DNA from: an uncultured delta proteobacterium
Lineage (GTDB): Bacteria; Desulfobacterota; Desulfobacteria; Desulfobacterales; Desulfosarcinaceae
Length of the DNA: 64,000 nt
Reading direction: 5' to 3'
Assembly (NCBI GenBank): GCA_963697405.1
Contig: CAVONY010000029.1
Location: 42,847-106,846 of the forward strand
Shown here: piece by piece, positions 1 through 11,168 of the stretch
Layout of the letters: each line of letters starts with the position of its first letter
Numbering within the stretch: position 1 is the stretch's first letter
Program-made: the position numbers and the translations under genes
Notes under the pieces: model-generated
Database searches by the model: none
Seen by the model: the letters and a program-made list of their open reading frames with translations, nothing else
Told to the model about the DNA's origin: nothing

Positions 1-1
1 C

Positions 2-106
2 TACAACGAGGCACTCTCCGAAAACAGCTCGATCATCCTGTCAACGGACTCTGAGATCTTCAAGTACATGAAGGGCTACGAAGGGAATGTGGCGGGAAGG
101 CCTTAG
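2..106 (+). CDS. 3' end of a gene running in from the left edge; C-terminus resembles SPFH/band-7 (HflC-like) proteins
   Basis: Frame 2 reads YNEALSENSSIILSTDSEIFKYMKGYEGNVAGRP then TAG at 104-106. The hairpin terminator follows. Family call rests on the short C-terminal motif only. Confidence 0.3.
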   Translation, partial: YNEALSENSSIILSTDSEIFKYMKGYEGNVAGRP

Positions 107-130
107 CGACGATTTAACCAAAGGGACGCA

Positions 131-166
131 AAAGCACCGACGCATGTTGTGCCGGTGCTTTTTTAT
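131..166 (+). terminator. Rho-independent terminator
   Basis: AAAGCACCG (131-139) pairs with CGGTGCTTT (153-161), followed by a T-run. Confidence 0.6.
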
Positions 167-518
167 TGGTGTCCATCACAGAAGTGCGAAGGTATCATTA
201 TTTACCCTTTCTCCTCTGATGCCGCGTGCGGGCCAACAGCTTTCGGTGTTTATGCTTGCGCATCTTTTTTCTTCGTTTCTTGATCACGCTGCCCAACAGA
301 TCACCCCCATTCATAATAAAATATCTGGATAAGCCCATTGTTCTATATCATTGCACTTATCTTGTCCATAATTATTTGACTCCCGTTACCGATCAGCCAT
401 CCGATAGGAGGATGTATCGGTCGACATGACCGGCGCACAAAGCGAGCAGCCCATTCCCACTTCTGGTCTACCCGATTAAGCCATTGCTCCTTGATATGGG
501 GTATGCTACAGGAATTTA

Positions 519-1070
519 ATGGAAAAAATGCTTGGTATCTCCATATTCAAGGACGATGAACTGACCATTGTCAACAATGCCGTGGCCATGGCCGAAGAAG
601 TGGTCAGTAACCACTATAAAATGTCAGCAAGCCAGTGGTTGCACCCAAAATATGATGTCAAAACCCTCGCCGATCTGGCCGAAGATGAAATCGTCACCGG
701 TCCCTTCGCCCAAATCATTCGATATGAAGGCAAACTGAAAGGCGGGGTCTTGGGCTCAAGCGCATATGATTTCTATAAAATATGTATTCAGGATCACTCC
801 ATCCTTGAAATTCTTACGAAGCATCCGGAAATTGGGCTCTCTCCTTTCGCCCTGTATGTGGTCACCCATGAATTGGTCCATATCGTTCGCTTCAGCCGCT
901 TTCAGCAGAACTTCAAAGCCAGCGAGGTTGAAAAGCTGATTGAAGAGCGTCGGGTACACGGCATCACCCACGACATTCTTGACCCCCTGAAGATCCCAGG
1001 ACTGGGTGCCGTACTTGATTTTTACGGCACCTGGCGCCCCCCCTTCGATGGGTTAAAAACCATCCCTTAA
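519..1070 (+). CDS. Hypothetical protein with an HExxH motif (VTHELVHIV), possible metallopeptidase-like fold
   Basis: 183-aa ORF with protein-like composition. The HELVH motif is the only recognisable feature. Confidence 0.5.
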   Translation: MEKMLGISIFKDDELTIVNNAVAMAEEVVSNHYKMSASQWLHPKYDVKTLADLAEDEIVTGPFAQIIRYEGKLKGGVLGSSAYDFYKICIQDHSILEILTKHPEIGLSPFALYVVTHELVHIVRFSRFQQNFKASEVEKLIEERRVHGITHDILDPLKIPGLGAVLDFYGTWRPPFDGLKTIP

Positions 1071-1184
1071 TTTTCGCCGGCAATTTCTTGACAAGCACGG
1101 AAATTGACATATATTAAAGCAGTCATTCAGTCGCGATACATAATTTTACTTAATTTTTGCAATACGTTACTGGAGAATCGAATC

Positions 1185-1469
1185 ATGCCGCTCTACGAAT
1201 ACCAATGTGCGGAGTGCGGAGGAATAGAAGAGGCAATTCAGAAATTTTCAGACGCTCCGTTGACCGTTTGCCGGCATTGCTCGGGAAAGCTGAACAAACT
1301 GATTTCCCAAAGCAGCTTCCATCTGAAGGGAACCGGTTGGTATGTAACGGACTATTCCAAAAAGCCAGCAGCTGCGTCCAGCGGCAAAAATTCTGATCCA
1401 GCCACCACTGACACTAAAACCAGCAGTACCGGCAGCTCTGAATCTAAAGTCACAACAGGTGAGGATTGA
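1185..1469 (+). CDS. FmdB-family zinc-ribbon protein
   Basis: Starts MPLYEYQCAECG and continues to CRHCSG, the typical CxxC...CxxC FmdB N-terminus. GGAGAA RBS 7 nt upstream of the ATG at 1185. The ORF-track start at 1104 is probably too long. Confidence 0.8.
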   Translation: MPLYEYQCAECGGIEEAIQKFSDAPLTVCRHCSGKLNKLISQSSFHLKGTGWYVTDYSKKPAAASSGKNSDPATTDTKTSSTGSSESKVTTGED

Positions 1470-1660
1470 TTTCTGTGGTCCCGATGATGTCCTCCCGGCC
1501 TCATCCACTGATGCTGATCGTCAAAGCGGCTCAATAATAGAAAGAAACTGGCGGTTTCCGCATATAAAAAGGACATCCACTCTTTACAAACCATGACGTG
1601 TGATTAGATTATTGAATCTTTCGTCTTCCTGAAAAAAAATCAGCGTATGCGACGACATTT

Positions 1661-1700
1661 GTTTAAAATAAGGTCAAGCGGATTGACCTAGTTTAAAATA
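1661..1700 (+). promoter_or_regulatory. Candidate operator upstream of groES: direct repeat GTTTAAAATA x2 flanking the inverted repeat AGGTCAA-N5-TTGACCT
   Basis: GTTTAAAATA at 1661-1670 and 1691-1700. AGGTCAA at 1671-1677 and TTGACCT at 1683-1689. Lies about 65 nt upstream of the groES ATG. Confidence 0.3.
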
Positions 1701-1763
1701 GTTGTGCGGCTTTGTTTTTTGGTGATCAACACAAGTTCTAAACTTAAAAGGAGAGAAGGAAAC

Positions 1764-2051
1764 ATGAAACTCAGACCATTGCAGGATCGAATTCTGGTGC
1801 AGCGCGTCGAAGAGGAGACCACGACCAAAGGTGGCATTATCATCCCAGATACCGCAAAGGAAAAACCGGCTGAAGGCAAAGTCAAGGCCGTAGGTAATGG
1901 TAAGGTTGGCGATGACGGCAAGCGTGTGGCACTGGAGATCAAGGTCGGCAACCGGATTCTGTTCGGAAAGTACTCTGGAACCGAGGTGAAAATCGACGGT
2001 GAAGAGTATCTGATCATGCGCGAAGACGACGTGCTCGGCGTCATTGAGTAA
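1764..2051 (+). CDS. groES: Co-chaperonin GroES
   Basis: [35 protein letters not shown] is canonical GroES. AAGGAGAG RBS upstream. Confidence 0.97.
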   Translation: MKLRPLQDRILVQRVEEETTTKGGIIIPDTAKEKPAEGKVKAVGNGKVGDDGKRVALEIKVGNRILFGKYSGTEVKIDGEEYLIMREDDVLGVIE

Positions 2052-2072
2052 GGATTACCCAATTAACGTTAG

Positions 2073-3752
<1,680 letters not shown>

Positions 3753-3784
3753 CCCATCGCCCCACTCCACAGGTCTCTTGAAAA

Positions 3785-3830
3785 ACAAGAAAGCCCCCGT
3801 ATGGTTAATCATGCGGGGGCTTTCTTGTTT
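3785..3830 (+). terminator. Rho-independent terminator after groEL
   Basis: AACAAGAAAGCCCCCG pairs with CGGGGGCTTTCTTGTT, followed by T residues. Confidence 0.8.
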
Positions 3831-4126
3831 AACCTCGCTGCCGCGTAAGCCCGCCGTTGTATATAATACATGACAGGAAGCTGATAGCTATGGCCTTGAC
3901 AATCCATCAGAAATCAGGTTACTGAAACCCAAACTGAGCGATTCACCTTTCTCGAAGAAGGTTGATTGTTTTTCCTAAAGATTTCTTCATCGCTGGCCGA
4001 TAAGATAGTTGGAGAAACCCATAAGCATATTCAAAGCGTTCAGATCCATAATGGGTTAAATGCTTAATGGAATAAATAAAAAATGGTCTATCATTGCTTT
4101 CATGCCACCTAAAGATGAGGTTTCTG

Positions 4127-5200
4127 ATGAATCGCAGAATTAATTCAATCGCTCTTATTTCCGTTTTTCTGCTCCTGCCCCTGCTGTTTTTATCGCCTTC
4201 AACAGCAGCAGACAAGATCGACGTGGTCGAAAGCGAGACGGGGTTTTACTACACGATCCAGAAAGGTGACACCCTCTGGGATCTGTCAAACCATTTTAAC
4301 GATTCTCCCTGGCTGTGGCCGGAACTGTGGGAAGGCAACGACCAGATCTCCAATCCTCACTGGATATTCCCCGGTGAACGAATCCGCCTTTACAAAAAGT
4401 CTGGTTCTCAGGCCATAACGCAAAGCGAGGCGATCCAGCCCGTTGCTGTAATCCAACCCGAGCCCGTTACGCCTGCAAAAACCGTCGAGGGAAAAAAAGC
4501 GTCTGCACCGTTTTTCGTATATTCTTCCATTGACCGTGTCGGATTTATCCGAAAGCCGCCCGTAGCGCCCTCGGGAACCATTTTCGAGGTTCAGGGGAGA
4601 AAAGTCCTGATCAGTGAAGGGGACATGGTTTATATCCGTCCGGAAAGAGATACCGCCCAAGGCGTGCTCATTCCCGGGAGCCGGCATACCGTTTTCCGGC
4701 AGATGGAACCGACGGACGAACGCGATTCAACAGAAACCATCGGAACCCAGCACTATATCCTGGGCATCGTGGAAGTGACTAAAAAAGAAACGGATATGGT
4801 AATCGCAAAGGTTCTCAAGTCATTTCGGCCAATCCGTGTGGACGACATGTTGATGCCGTTCAGCCAACGGTCTTCAAAAATCGAACTCAAACCGAGCATC
4901 CCCGGTATCGATGGGCAAATTATCATCTCCGAAGATCATTTGGAATTGACCGGTGACTATACGCTGGCGTTTATCGATAAGGGCCGCGCCGACAACATCC
5001 AAGCCGGTCAGCAATACAGCATTTACAGCAAACAGAAAACCGTCCTGGAAAAGAATGAGATCAGCTCAAAAAGCCTGCCCCCGCTTGACTTTGGCACCTT
5101 TCTCGTCCTGCATACAGAGCAGACCACATCCACGGTGGTCATTACCAGTGCGGCAAAAGTCATCTGGCCTGGAGAACGATTCAGAACGCCAATCAATTAA
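4127..5200 (+). CDS. Secreted LysM-domain (peptidoglycan-binding) protein
   Basis: Signal peptide MNRRINSIALISVFLLLPLLFLSPSTAA, then LysM YYTIQKGDTLWDLSNHF...WIFPGERIRL. GAGG lies 6 nt before the ATG at 4127. The ORF-track start at 4094 is less likely. Confidence 0.8.
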   Translation: MNRRINSIALISVFLLLPLLFLSPSTAADKIDVVESETGFYYTIQKGDTLWDLSNHFNDSPWLWPELWEGNDQISNPHWIFPGERIRLYKKSGSQAITQSEAIQPVAVIQPEPVTPAKTVEGKKASAPFFVYSSIDRVGFIRKPPVAPSGTIFEVQGRKVLISEGDMVYIRPERDTAQGVLIPGSRHTVFRQMEPTDERDSTETIGTQHYILGIVEVTKKETDMVIAKVLKSFRPIRVDDMLMPFSQRSSKIELKPSIPGIDGQIIISEDHLELTGDYTLAFIDKGRADNIQAGQQYSIYSKQKTVLEKNEISSKSLPPLDFGTFLVLHTEQTTSTVVITSAAKVIWPGERFRTPIN

Positions 5201-5227
5201 AAAAACTGACGCCTGCATTGCCAGAAC

Positions 5228-5269
5228 AAAGCGCCTGCCCCTCAGAGAGGGGCAGGCGCTTTGTTTTTT
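5228..5269. terminator. Bidirectional hairpin terminator between convergent genes
   Basis: AAAGCGCCTGCCCCT pairs with GAGGGGCAGGCGCTTT. T-run on the + strand and A-run upstream. Confidence 0.75.
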
Positions 5270-5294
5270 GGGTTAAATTGGAACAGTTTGAACG

Positions 5295-7109
5295 CTACCC
5301 ATGCTCGCTGCCAGAGGTGACGCGAAGCACTTCCTGATAAGTGGTGATGCCTTCCATCAGTTTTTCAACGGCGCTCTCCCGCAAACAAGCCATGCCCTCC
5401 ACCCGTGCCGTTTCCGCCAGGGCGGCCAGATCCGCATCCGGAACGGTCTGGGCCTTGATGGCATCGGTATAAGGAAGCACTTCATGGATGGTGGTTCTTC
5501 CCAGATAACCGGTCCCTCGGCATTTCTGGCACCCTTTGCCATGGTAAAGGGACAGGTTGCCGGACTTACCGGTCTCCAGCCCCAGCGCCCGGAGTTTGGC
5601 CGCATCGATTTGGATGGGCACTTTGCAGACATTGCATATTTTTCGAACCAACCGCTGAGAGAGAATACCCCTGAGTGTCGCCTGAATCAGAAAAGCAGGA
5701 ACCCCCAAATCCATCAACCGGACAATCGATGAGGGGGCATCGTTGGTGTGCAGGGTCGACATCACCAAATGCCCGGTGAGCGCCGCCTGGATTGCGTTTT
5801 CCGCCGTTTCCAGATCCCGGAGCTCCCCTATCATGATAATATCGGGATCCTGCCTGAGAATGTTGCGCATGATCGACCCGAAGGTGATTCCCACCTGTGG
5901 CCTGACGGCAATCTGGTTGAAATCTTCATGCACCATTTCAATAGGGTCTTCGACAGTGGTGACATTGACCTTCGTGGTGCTGATTTTCCGGAGTGTGGAG
6001 TACAGGGTGGTGGATTTCCCGCTGCCCGTGGGGCCGCAAACCAGAACCAAGCCGTGGGGGTGGGAAATGATCTGGTTGTACTTTTGCATATCGAGCGATG
6101 AAAAGCCCAGACGCTCGAGATCCTGGAACAATATATCCGGGTCCATGACCCGCATGACCACCTTCTCGCCGAAGGCCACGGGTACGGTGGACACGCGAAT
6201 CTCCACCTCCACGTCTTTCTTGCCGGTCTTGATGCGACCATCCTGAGGCCGCCGTTTTTCGGCCATGTCCAACCCGGATAGGTTTTTGATCCGGCTGATG
6301 ATTGCCGAGTGGACATTTTTGGGCAACTTGTAAACCGTGTGTAGTACACCGTCAATCCGCATTCTGACCAGGCTGACGTCCCGCTTGGGCTCAATATGAA
6401 TGTCACTGGCCTTTTGGTCGAATGCATAAAGGAACAGGTGGTTGACGGCATTGACCACGTGATGGTCATTGGACGGCAGTTCATCTGCGGATTTGAGTTG
6501 GATATACCGCTCAAGATTACCCAGGTCCACGGTCGGTCCGGAAAACTGATGCTCGGCCGCCGCAATGGATCGCTTAAAACCAAAAAACTCGTCGATGAGT
6601 TTGATGATGTCCGACCGGGGGCTCACCACGGCGTGGACCTGCATCTGGCAGGCACGGGTGATATCCTCGAATACGTCAAGGTTAAACGGGTTCGGTGTGG
6701 CTACGGTGAGTTTTCCCTGGCTGACCTCCACCGGCAACACCAGGTGATTTTTTGCAAAGGAGATGGGAATGGTGGTAGTGACGACATTCAGGTCAAGCTT
6801 CAGCGGATCGATCTTGGCAAAAGGAATTCCCCAGCTTTCCGCAAGGGTTTGAAAAATGGTATCCTCGTCCAGAGTCTTCGATGGATCATCTTTGCGCTTC
6901 AGGTTCAAGGCCACCATGGCATCGATGAGGATAAACGGCTTGTCCCGATTTTCATCATAATCGTTGCCGCCCTGTTTAACGCGGCGACGCTCGAACTGTT
7001 TGATCAGTTCAAAACGGTTGCCATAAAAGTCCCGTGCCTGCGCGAAGGATATCAACCCCTTTTTTTCAAGCGCAGAAAGGAGGCGTTTTTCGGACAGCTG
7101 ATCGCCCAC
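5295..7109 (-). CDS. GspE/PilB-family secretion ATPase (type II secretion / type IV pilus assembly ATPase family)
   Basis: Walker A GPTGSGKSTTL, a T2SSE_N-like N-domain and a C-terminal CxxC...CxxC tetracysteine. Preferred start is GTG at 7109, with GGGGGA about 9 nt upstream and just downstream of the stop of the preceding gene. The ORF-track start at 7316 overlaps that gene by 188 nt. Confidence 0.85.
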   Translation of the reverse strand: MGDQLSEKRLLSALEKKGLISFAQARDFYGNRFELIKQFERRRVKQGGNDYDENRDKPFILIDAMVALNLKRKDDPSKTLDEDTIFQTLAESWGIPFAKIDPLKLDLNVVTTTIPISFAKNHLVLPVEVSQGKLTVATPNPFNLDVFEDITRACQMQVHAVVSPRSDIIKLIDEFFGFKRSIAAAEHQFSGPTVDLGNLERYIQLKSADELPSNDHHVVNAVNHLFLYAFDQKASDIHIEPKRDVSLVRMRIDGVLHTVYKLPKNVHSAIISRIKNLSGLDMAEKRRPQDGRIKTGKKDVEVEIRVSTVPVAFGEKVVMRVMDPDILFQDLERLGFSSLDMQKYNQIISHPHGLVLVCGPTGSGKSTTLYSTLRKISTTKVNVTTVEDPIEMVHEDFNQIAVRPQVGITFGSIMRNILRQDPDIIMIGELRDLETAENAIQAALTGHLVMSTLHTNDAPSSIVRLMDLGVPAFLIQATLRGILSQRLVRKICNVCKVPIQIDAAKLRALGLETGKSGNLSLYHGKGCQKCRGTGYLGRTTIHEVLPYTDAIKAQTVPDADLAALAETARVEGMACLRESAVEKLMEGITTYQEVLRVTSGSEHG

Positions 7110-7128
7110 GTTCAATTTCCCCCTGCCC

Positions 7129-8547
7129 TTATGCTGAATGCCAGTTGGCGGTGGTAATGCTCCGGATAACATTTTCGATCCATGCCATGGTTCGAACGAC
7201 GGATCGCTGATTTTCCGGGGTACCACTGATTTCGGACAACTGATAGCCATATTCGCTGATCTGTCTGAGCAGGCCCACATCATCGCGTGTCCCCACTCGT
7301 CCGACGCCGCGAACAATGATTTTCAGGTGCTGCAGAAAAACCGGCAGGTAGGTTGCAGCTCTAAGCGTTCGATAGATGCCCGTTTTCGGATCGCCATATT
7401 CTTTCAATGCGGAGACCAGAATAAGGTGTGCGGTTTTGCCCGACAGCAGGGAAAGAAAGATGAAGATCTCACGCTCAAGAAACAGCAGGTGGCGCACGGA
7501 TGGCGTCTGTTTGCCAGGTTTGGTAGCATTTAAAAGCGCAACCATTTTCTCATGAATGGTAACCACTTTACTGGAGAACCGATACTCCACCGAATCGATC
7601 CGAAACTGTGCATAGTGCACCACGTTCCTATCCAATCCGTTGCGGACGTTGAGGACCTCTTCCGGCGTCATTTCGATATCGACATCAAGCTCCTTGTTGT
7701 ATGTCCTGAGCAGGATGTTGGCCAGCATGATTGCATTCCGATCCGAGGGTTCCACCCGATCGGGATGCCGGCAGAAATCGGCCAGCAAAAAACGCAGCGC
7801 GTGTTTGGGCCGCTTGATGCGGCTGATCAGGTGCTGCAGGGCATTGAGAAAGGAAACCCGATTGGCCCGGCCTTTCAGCACTTTGAAATAACACCATAAT
7901 AATTCAAAGGCATGGTTCCCGTGTCGTGCCAGTTCATCGATCATCGGTTCGAATGTTTTGCGGATGAAGTTACCCTGTCCATCAAACAGCTTCTCGATTA
8001 ACAGCGTTATTTTTTCTGTGTCATGCATAGGGATTTTGAAGGCATGGGAGACGGCCTGAAGGTTTTTTTCATTGCGGCGTTTGACCAACTGATCGATCAC
8101 CATCAACTGCCGCTCCGTGTCACGGCTCTCCTTCCCCAAAGACAAGATGGTGAGAAGTTCAGCATTCACAGTGCCAATCATGGTCGATTTACCATCTACA
8201 TGCACCTGTATGGCATCCCGGCGCACGGTAACAGCATCCAGCGCCTCGCCATCAACTTTGTAAATCCCTGCCCGCAGCATGTTTGCCAGCAGCGGTGCCA
8301 TCTTATGTAAAACAACCTTATTTTCAAGTGCATTCAGGATTAAACTATAGGTATGCAGCTGTTTCAAAAAGGTTTCTGCCCCCATCCCGTCGTAGTCGTT
8401 CAAAATGGCGACTGCCGCATCGTCGTGAAGGTCCTTATCCTCGGTCAACTCCTGATGAATCAGCTGCATCGCCTCTTGCTTCAGGTTGCTCACATTGGTG
8501 TCTTTGGCTGGATCGATGTCAGCGGATAAGAATCTGCGGTCGCTCAT
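7129..8547 (-). CDS. Hypothetical 472-aa protein, probably co-transcribed with the GspE-family ATPase
   Basis: Long ORF with ordinary protein composition. GGAGA RBS 6 nt upstream of the ATG. I recognise no motif. Confidence 0.65.
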   Translation of the reverse strand: MSDRRFLSADIDPAKDTNVSNLKQEAMQLIHQELTEDKDLHDDAAVAILNDYDGMGAETFLKQLHTYSLILNALENKVVLHKMAPLLANMLRAGIYKVDGEALDAVTVRRDAIQVHVDGKSTMIGTVNAELLTILSLGKESRDTERQLMVIDQLVKRRNEKNLQAVSHAFKIPMHDTEKITLLIEKLFDGQGNFIRKTFEPMIDELARHGNHAFELLWCYFKVLKGRANRVSFLNALQHLISRIKRPKHALRFLLADFCRHPDRVEPSDRNAIMLANILLRTYNKELDVDIEMTPEEVLNVRNGLDRNVVHYAQFRIDSVEYRFSSKVVTIHEKMVALLNATKPGKQTPSVRHLLFLEREIFIFLSLLSGKTAHLILVSALKEYGDPKTGIYRTLRAATYLPVFLQHLKIIVRGVGRVGTRDDVGLLRQISEYGYQLSEISGTPENQRSVVRTMAWIENVIRSITTANWHSA

Positions 8548-9103
8548 TCTTTATCTCCATCTGATTGAATTCGATTGGGATTTTCCTGTCTACATGCATT
8601 GGGCATACGACTAAAAAGCAATAATCATTTAAAAAGTAAACCGAGCACGCTGAAAACAGCAATCAATTTTTTCCGGCTCGGCGTCGCCGAAATTCAGGTG
8701 CCTGCGATCGCTTTATACTTTCACGCCCAGCATATCACAGCGCGTCGGAAAAAGCCATTCCCAGTTTCGACCCGTGTTTCTGAGTTAGGCTTTTTTTCCA
8801 GTCAGTTACGGCACCACGATTGGCCTTACGACAAGGAAAGGGACCGATCGAAAACGGGTGTAATCCAAATCACCAGGTAAAGATCATAGTGATAGTATTG
8901 TCCCCTCAACATGTTATTACTCCGCTCATATTGCCTAAGTGCCTCCTCGTGCCAACCCTATTATTTGGAAATTGACTTACACGATTGCAGCTTAATCCCG
9001 GCTAAGCCGCGGAGACGGCTATGGGCATTATGCAAACTTAAGTTTTTTTAAAATTTTGCCAAGTAGGTCCCCTGGCAACACTCAGATGTTTTAAGGAGGC
9101 ACG

Positions 9104-9442
9104 ATGATGAATCGCAACTTGACGGGTTTACTGGATCGAATTGGAGAGGTATACAAGCCAATGATTCTGAAAGGATCTCGCCATTACCTCGAAGTCAGGG
9201 TCGGCGAACAGGCACAGAAGATGGGATTTGCCGACTTAGCGGAAAGATATAGATACAGCTGCGTAATCGTCCCCTTGAAAGTCCCCCAGAAAGGCATGAA
9301 AGTTCGTATCGATGGGCGCACGTTTGTCAACTATGCAGAGCATGCATCCGGTATCGCCCTTCCCGGGCATATAGCCAGAGAGGCCGGGCGATCGTTCAAG
9401 CGCTTTATTCCCAATGACAGCATGATCTGCAATTTTACCTGA
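9104..9442 (+). CDS. Hypothetical protein (112 aa)
   Basis: Strong RBS TAAGGAGGCACG directly before ATGATG. No recognisable domain. Confidence 0.5.
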   Translation: MMNRNLTGLLDRIGEVYKPMILKGSRHYLEVRVGEQAQKMGFADLAERYRYSCVIVPLKVPQKGMKVRIDGRTFVNYAEHASGIALPGHIAREAGRSFKRFIPNDSMICNFT

Positions 9443-9529
9443 TCGAGAACTGGCGGCCATCCGATTTTCATTAACGGATCAGACGGCATCCACGGTGGCA
9501 CCAACGCCGAAGGCAAACCGGACGATTGA

Positions 9530-10093
9530 TCATGGCTGGCCACCCGGAGGGAACTGGGAAAGGATCATGTCCACGATTTTCCGGATCGCCTCGGCGGCTT
9601 CTTCAGGCGTTTTGTGATTTCTCAGCCGGAAAACACCCACCCCCCGCCACATTAAGGCGCGCGTGCCTGCTGAATAAATATCGATGGTCAGGCGGCTCTG
9701 GTCATATTGCCGGATGCGCGTTTCAGTACCGGCGCCACCATACCACGGATGATAGTAGCTTCCCACACCCATGGTCGAATAATAGGTGTCGCTTTGAATT
9801 TTCTGCTCGATGGCCAGATGATAGGTCAGGTATAGAACCGACTGCCCCTGAGATGGGCTGATGTTTCGACTCGCCAGATGAGCCTCGACAGCATGGCGGA
9901 TGCGTTTATCCAGCAGTGGGTTGTCGATGCGGATGTCCCCGGTAGCACCCTGAACCGGGTCTCGCCATTGCCAGGTGCCGTAGCGTGACATATCCGCATG
10001 GGGGTCATAATCCTGGCTCACCTGAACGGTGGCGCAGCCGGCAAAGACCACGACGGCCAAAAACAAGACAGTGCCTGTCGAGATTCTCATCAT
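9530..10093 (-). CDS. Lipoprotein, DUF4136-like
   Basis: MMRISTGTVLFLAVVVFAGC lipobox followed by ATVQVSQDYDP and a conserved layout seen in DUF4136 lipoproteins. Family recalled from memory. Confidence 0.6.
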   Translation of the reverse strand: MMRISTGTVLFLAVVVFAGCATVQVSQDYDPHADMSRYGTWQWRDPVQGATGDIRIDNPLLDKRIRHAVEAHLASRNISPSQGQSVLYLTYHLAIEQKIQSDTYYSTMGVGSYYHPWYGGAGTETRIRQYDQSRLTIDIYSAGTRALMWRGVGVFRLRNHKTPEEAAEAIRKIVDMILSQFPPGGQP

Positions 10094-10333
10094 GTCCTCC
10101 ACAGTTTACGGAGCAACCCTCCTGAATTGACAGCATCATGTTCAACGGGTATTATTTTTTCATCCCATTCTTGCGAGAACGCGGAGTAAAACCGGGTGGC
10201 CGGGCATCTGTTTACCGGCGACAGCCTGTTCATGGGCCATGAAAAAAAGGAGCCCCCGTTTATCACCAATTTTATCATCGATCCCTGAAACGCGGTCACT
10301 CGGTCTTAACCGACAAGAGATGAGGCAGTTGTC

Positions 10334-10624
10334 ATGAAATCCCTTCACGTCAATTTCAATGAAGCGACCCAGGCCGTTGAGCCCATCGACAACGCTTTCC
10401 AGGAGCCCTGGGATGAGGTATGCGACAGGTACAATAACGATGTAAGGCGAATCAAAACGGTATCAGACCCAAAGGGCTACAACGCCATTTATGCCTGTTA
10501 TGATGAAAACAATCAGCCGGTTTACTTTCTGGTGGAAGAAAGCGACGTACTGACAAAATTGCGTCGACGAACATTTCTCCACAAACTTGGCCGGACGCGG
10601 ACGGCAGGGTCTCTGAAAAAATAA
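10334..10624 (+). CDS. Hypothetical protein (96 aa)
   Basis: GAGG about 9 nt upstream of the ATG. No recognisable domain. Confidence 0.4.
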   Translation: MKSLHVNFNEATQAVEPIDNAFQEPWDEVCDRYNNDVRRIKTVSDPKGYNAIYACYDENNQPVYFLVEESDVLTKLRRRTFLHKLGRTRTAGSLKK

Positions 10625-10625
10625 A

Positions 10626-10907
10626 TCAGCTGTCGTTGATCTTGCTTCGCAGCTTCCCCGAGCATTTGAAGGTGACCACCCTGCGCTCCCGCAGGGTCAA
10701 ATCGGAACCGGTGGCCGGGTTTCTGCCCCGTCGCTTCTTTTTTTCCTTCACGCAGAATTTCCCAAAACCGGATACCAATAGATCGTCTCCATCTTCGAGG
10801 GTCCCCTTGACGATCTCGAGCAGGGATTCAACGGTTTCAATGGACTTTTTTTTCGTAAAGCCCAAGTCGTTCACCTTAGCGACGATGTCGTTCTTGGTCA
10901 ATGCCAT
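10626..10907 (-). CDS. HU/IHF-family DNA-binding protein (IHF-like paralogue 1)
   Basis: MALTKNDIV...GFGKFCVKEKKKRRGRNPATGSDLTL...VVTFKCSGKLR is the canonical HU/IHF arm motif. Confidence 0.85.
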   Translation of the reverse strand: MALTKNDIVAKVNDLGFTKKKSIETVESLLEIVKGTLEDGDDLLVSGFGKFCVKEKKKRRGRNPATGSDLTLRERRVVTFKCSGKLRSKINDS

Positions 10908-10985
10908 AGCGCCTCCTGAGAGAAATGGTTGCCGGTTTCCTGGTATTGGGGTTCAAGCTGCATCGGATCATGGAACCCGGATCGG

Positions 10986-11114
10986 TCACTCCTGCCCAGT
11001 GGTTTCTTTCTTATCTTCGGGAATGATCCGGGCGACCTTGTCCATAATCGTATCCACCCTGCTCATTATCTCGTCAATTTCGGCTTTGAGCGCTTCATCA
11101 TCGGTTTCGGTCAT
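10986..11114 (-). CDS. Possible small acidic protein (42 aa), below the ORF-track cutoff
   Basis: My translation: MTETDDEALKAEIDEIMSRVDTIMDKVARIIPEDKKETTGQE. AAGGGA RBS upstream. Lies between two same-strand genes. Confidence 0.25.
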   Translation of the reverse strand: MTETDDEALKAEIDEIMSRVDTIMDKVARIIPEDKKETTGQE

Positions 11115-11168
11115 TTGAGAATTTCCCTTTTTGGATAATCCGGCTTTTGCCACGGGATGCGTGTTGGG

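Noticed and set aside
1470-1763. CIRCE/HrcA operator upstream of groES
   Set aside because: I searched by eye for TTAGCACTC-N9-GAGTGCTAA and close variants and found none.
3943-4215. 90-aa minus-strand ORF overlapping the LysM gene start
   Set aside because: It overlaps the signal-peptide region of a well-supported gene. It has no RBS and no recognisable domain, and it lies in an AT-rich promoter-like region.
7110-7316. N-terminal extension of the GspE-family ORF back to 7316
   Set aside because: It would overlap the upstream gene by 188 nt. A GTG at 7109 with a GGGGGA RBS lies just after that gene's stop and gives a normal-length ATPase.
8936-8955. Sigma-54 promoter on the minus strand (TGGCACGAGGAGGCA)
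   Set aside because: The -24 TGGCAC is good, but the GC of the -12 element is displaced by one nucleotide and TTGC is absent. Sigma-54 spacing is strict.
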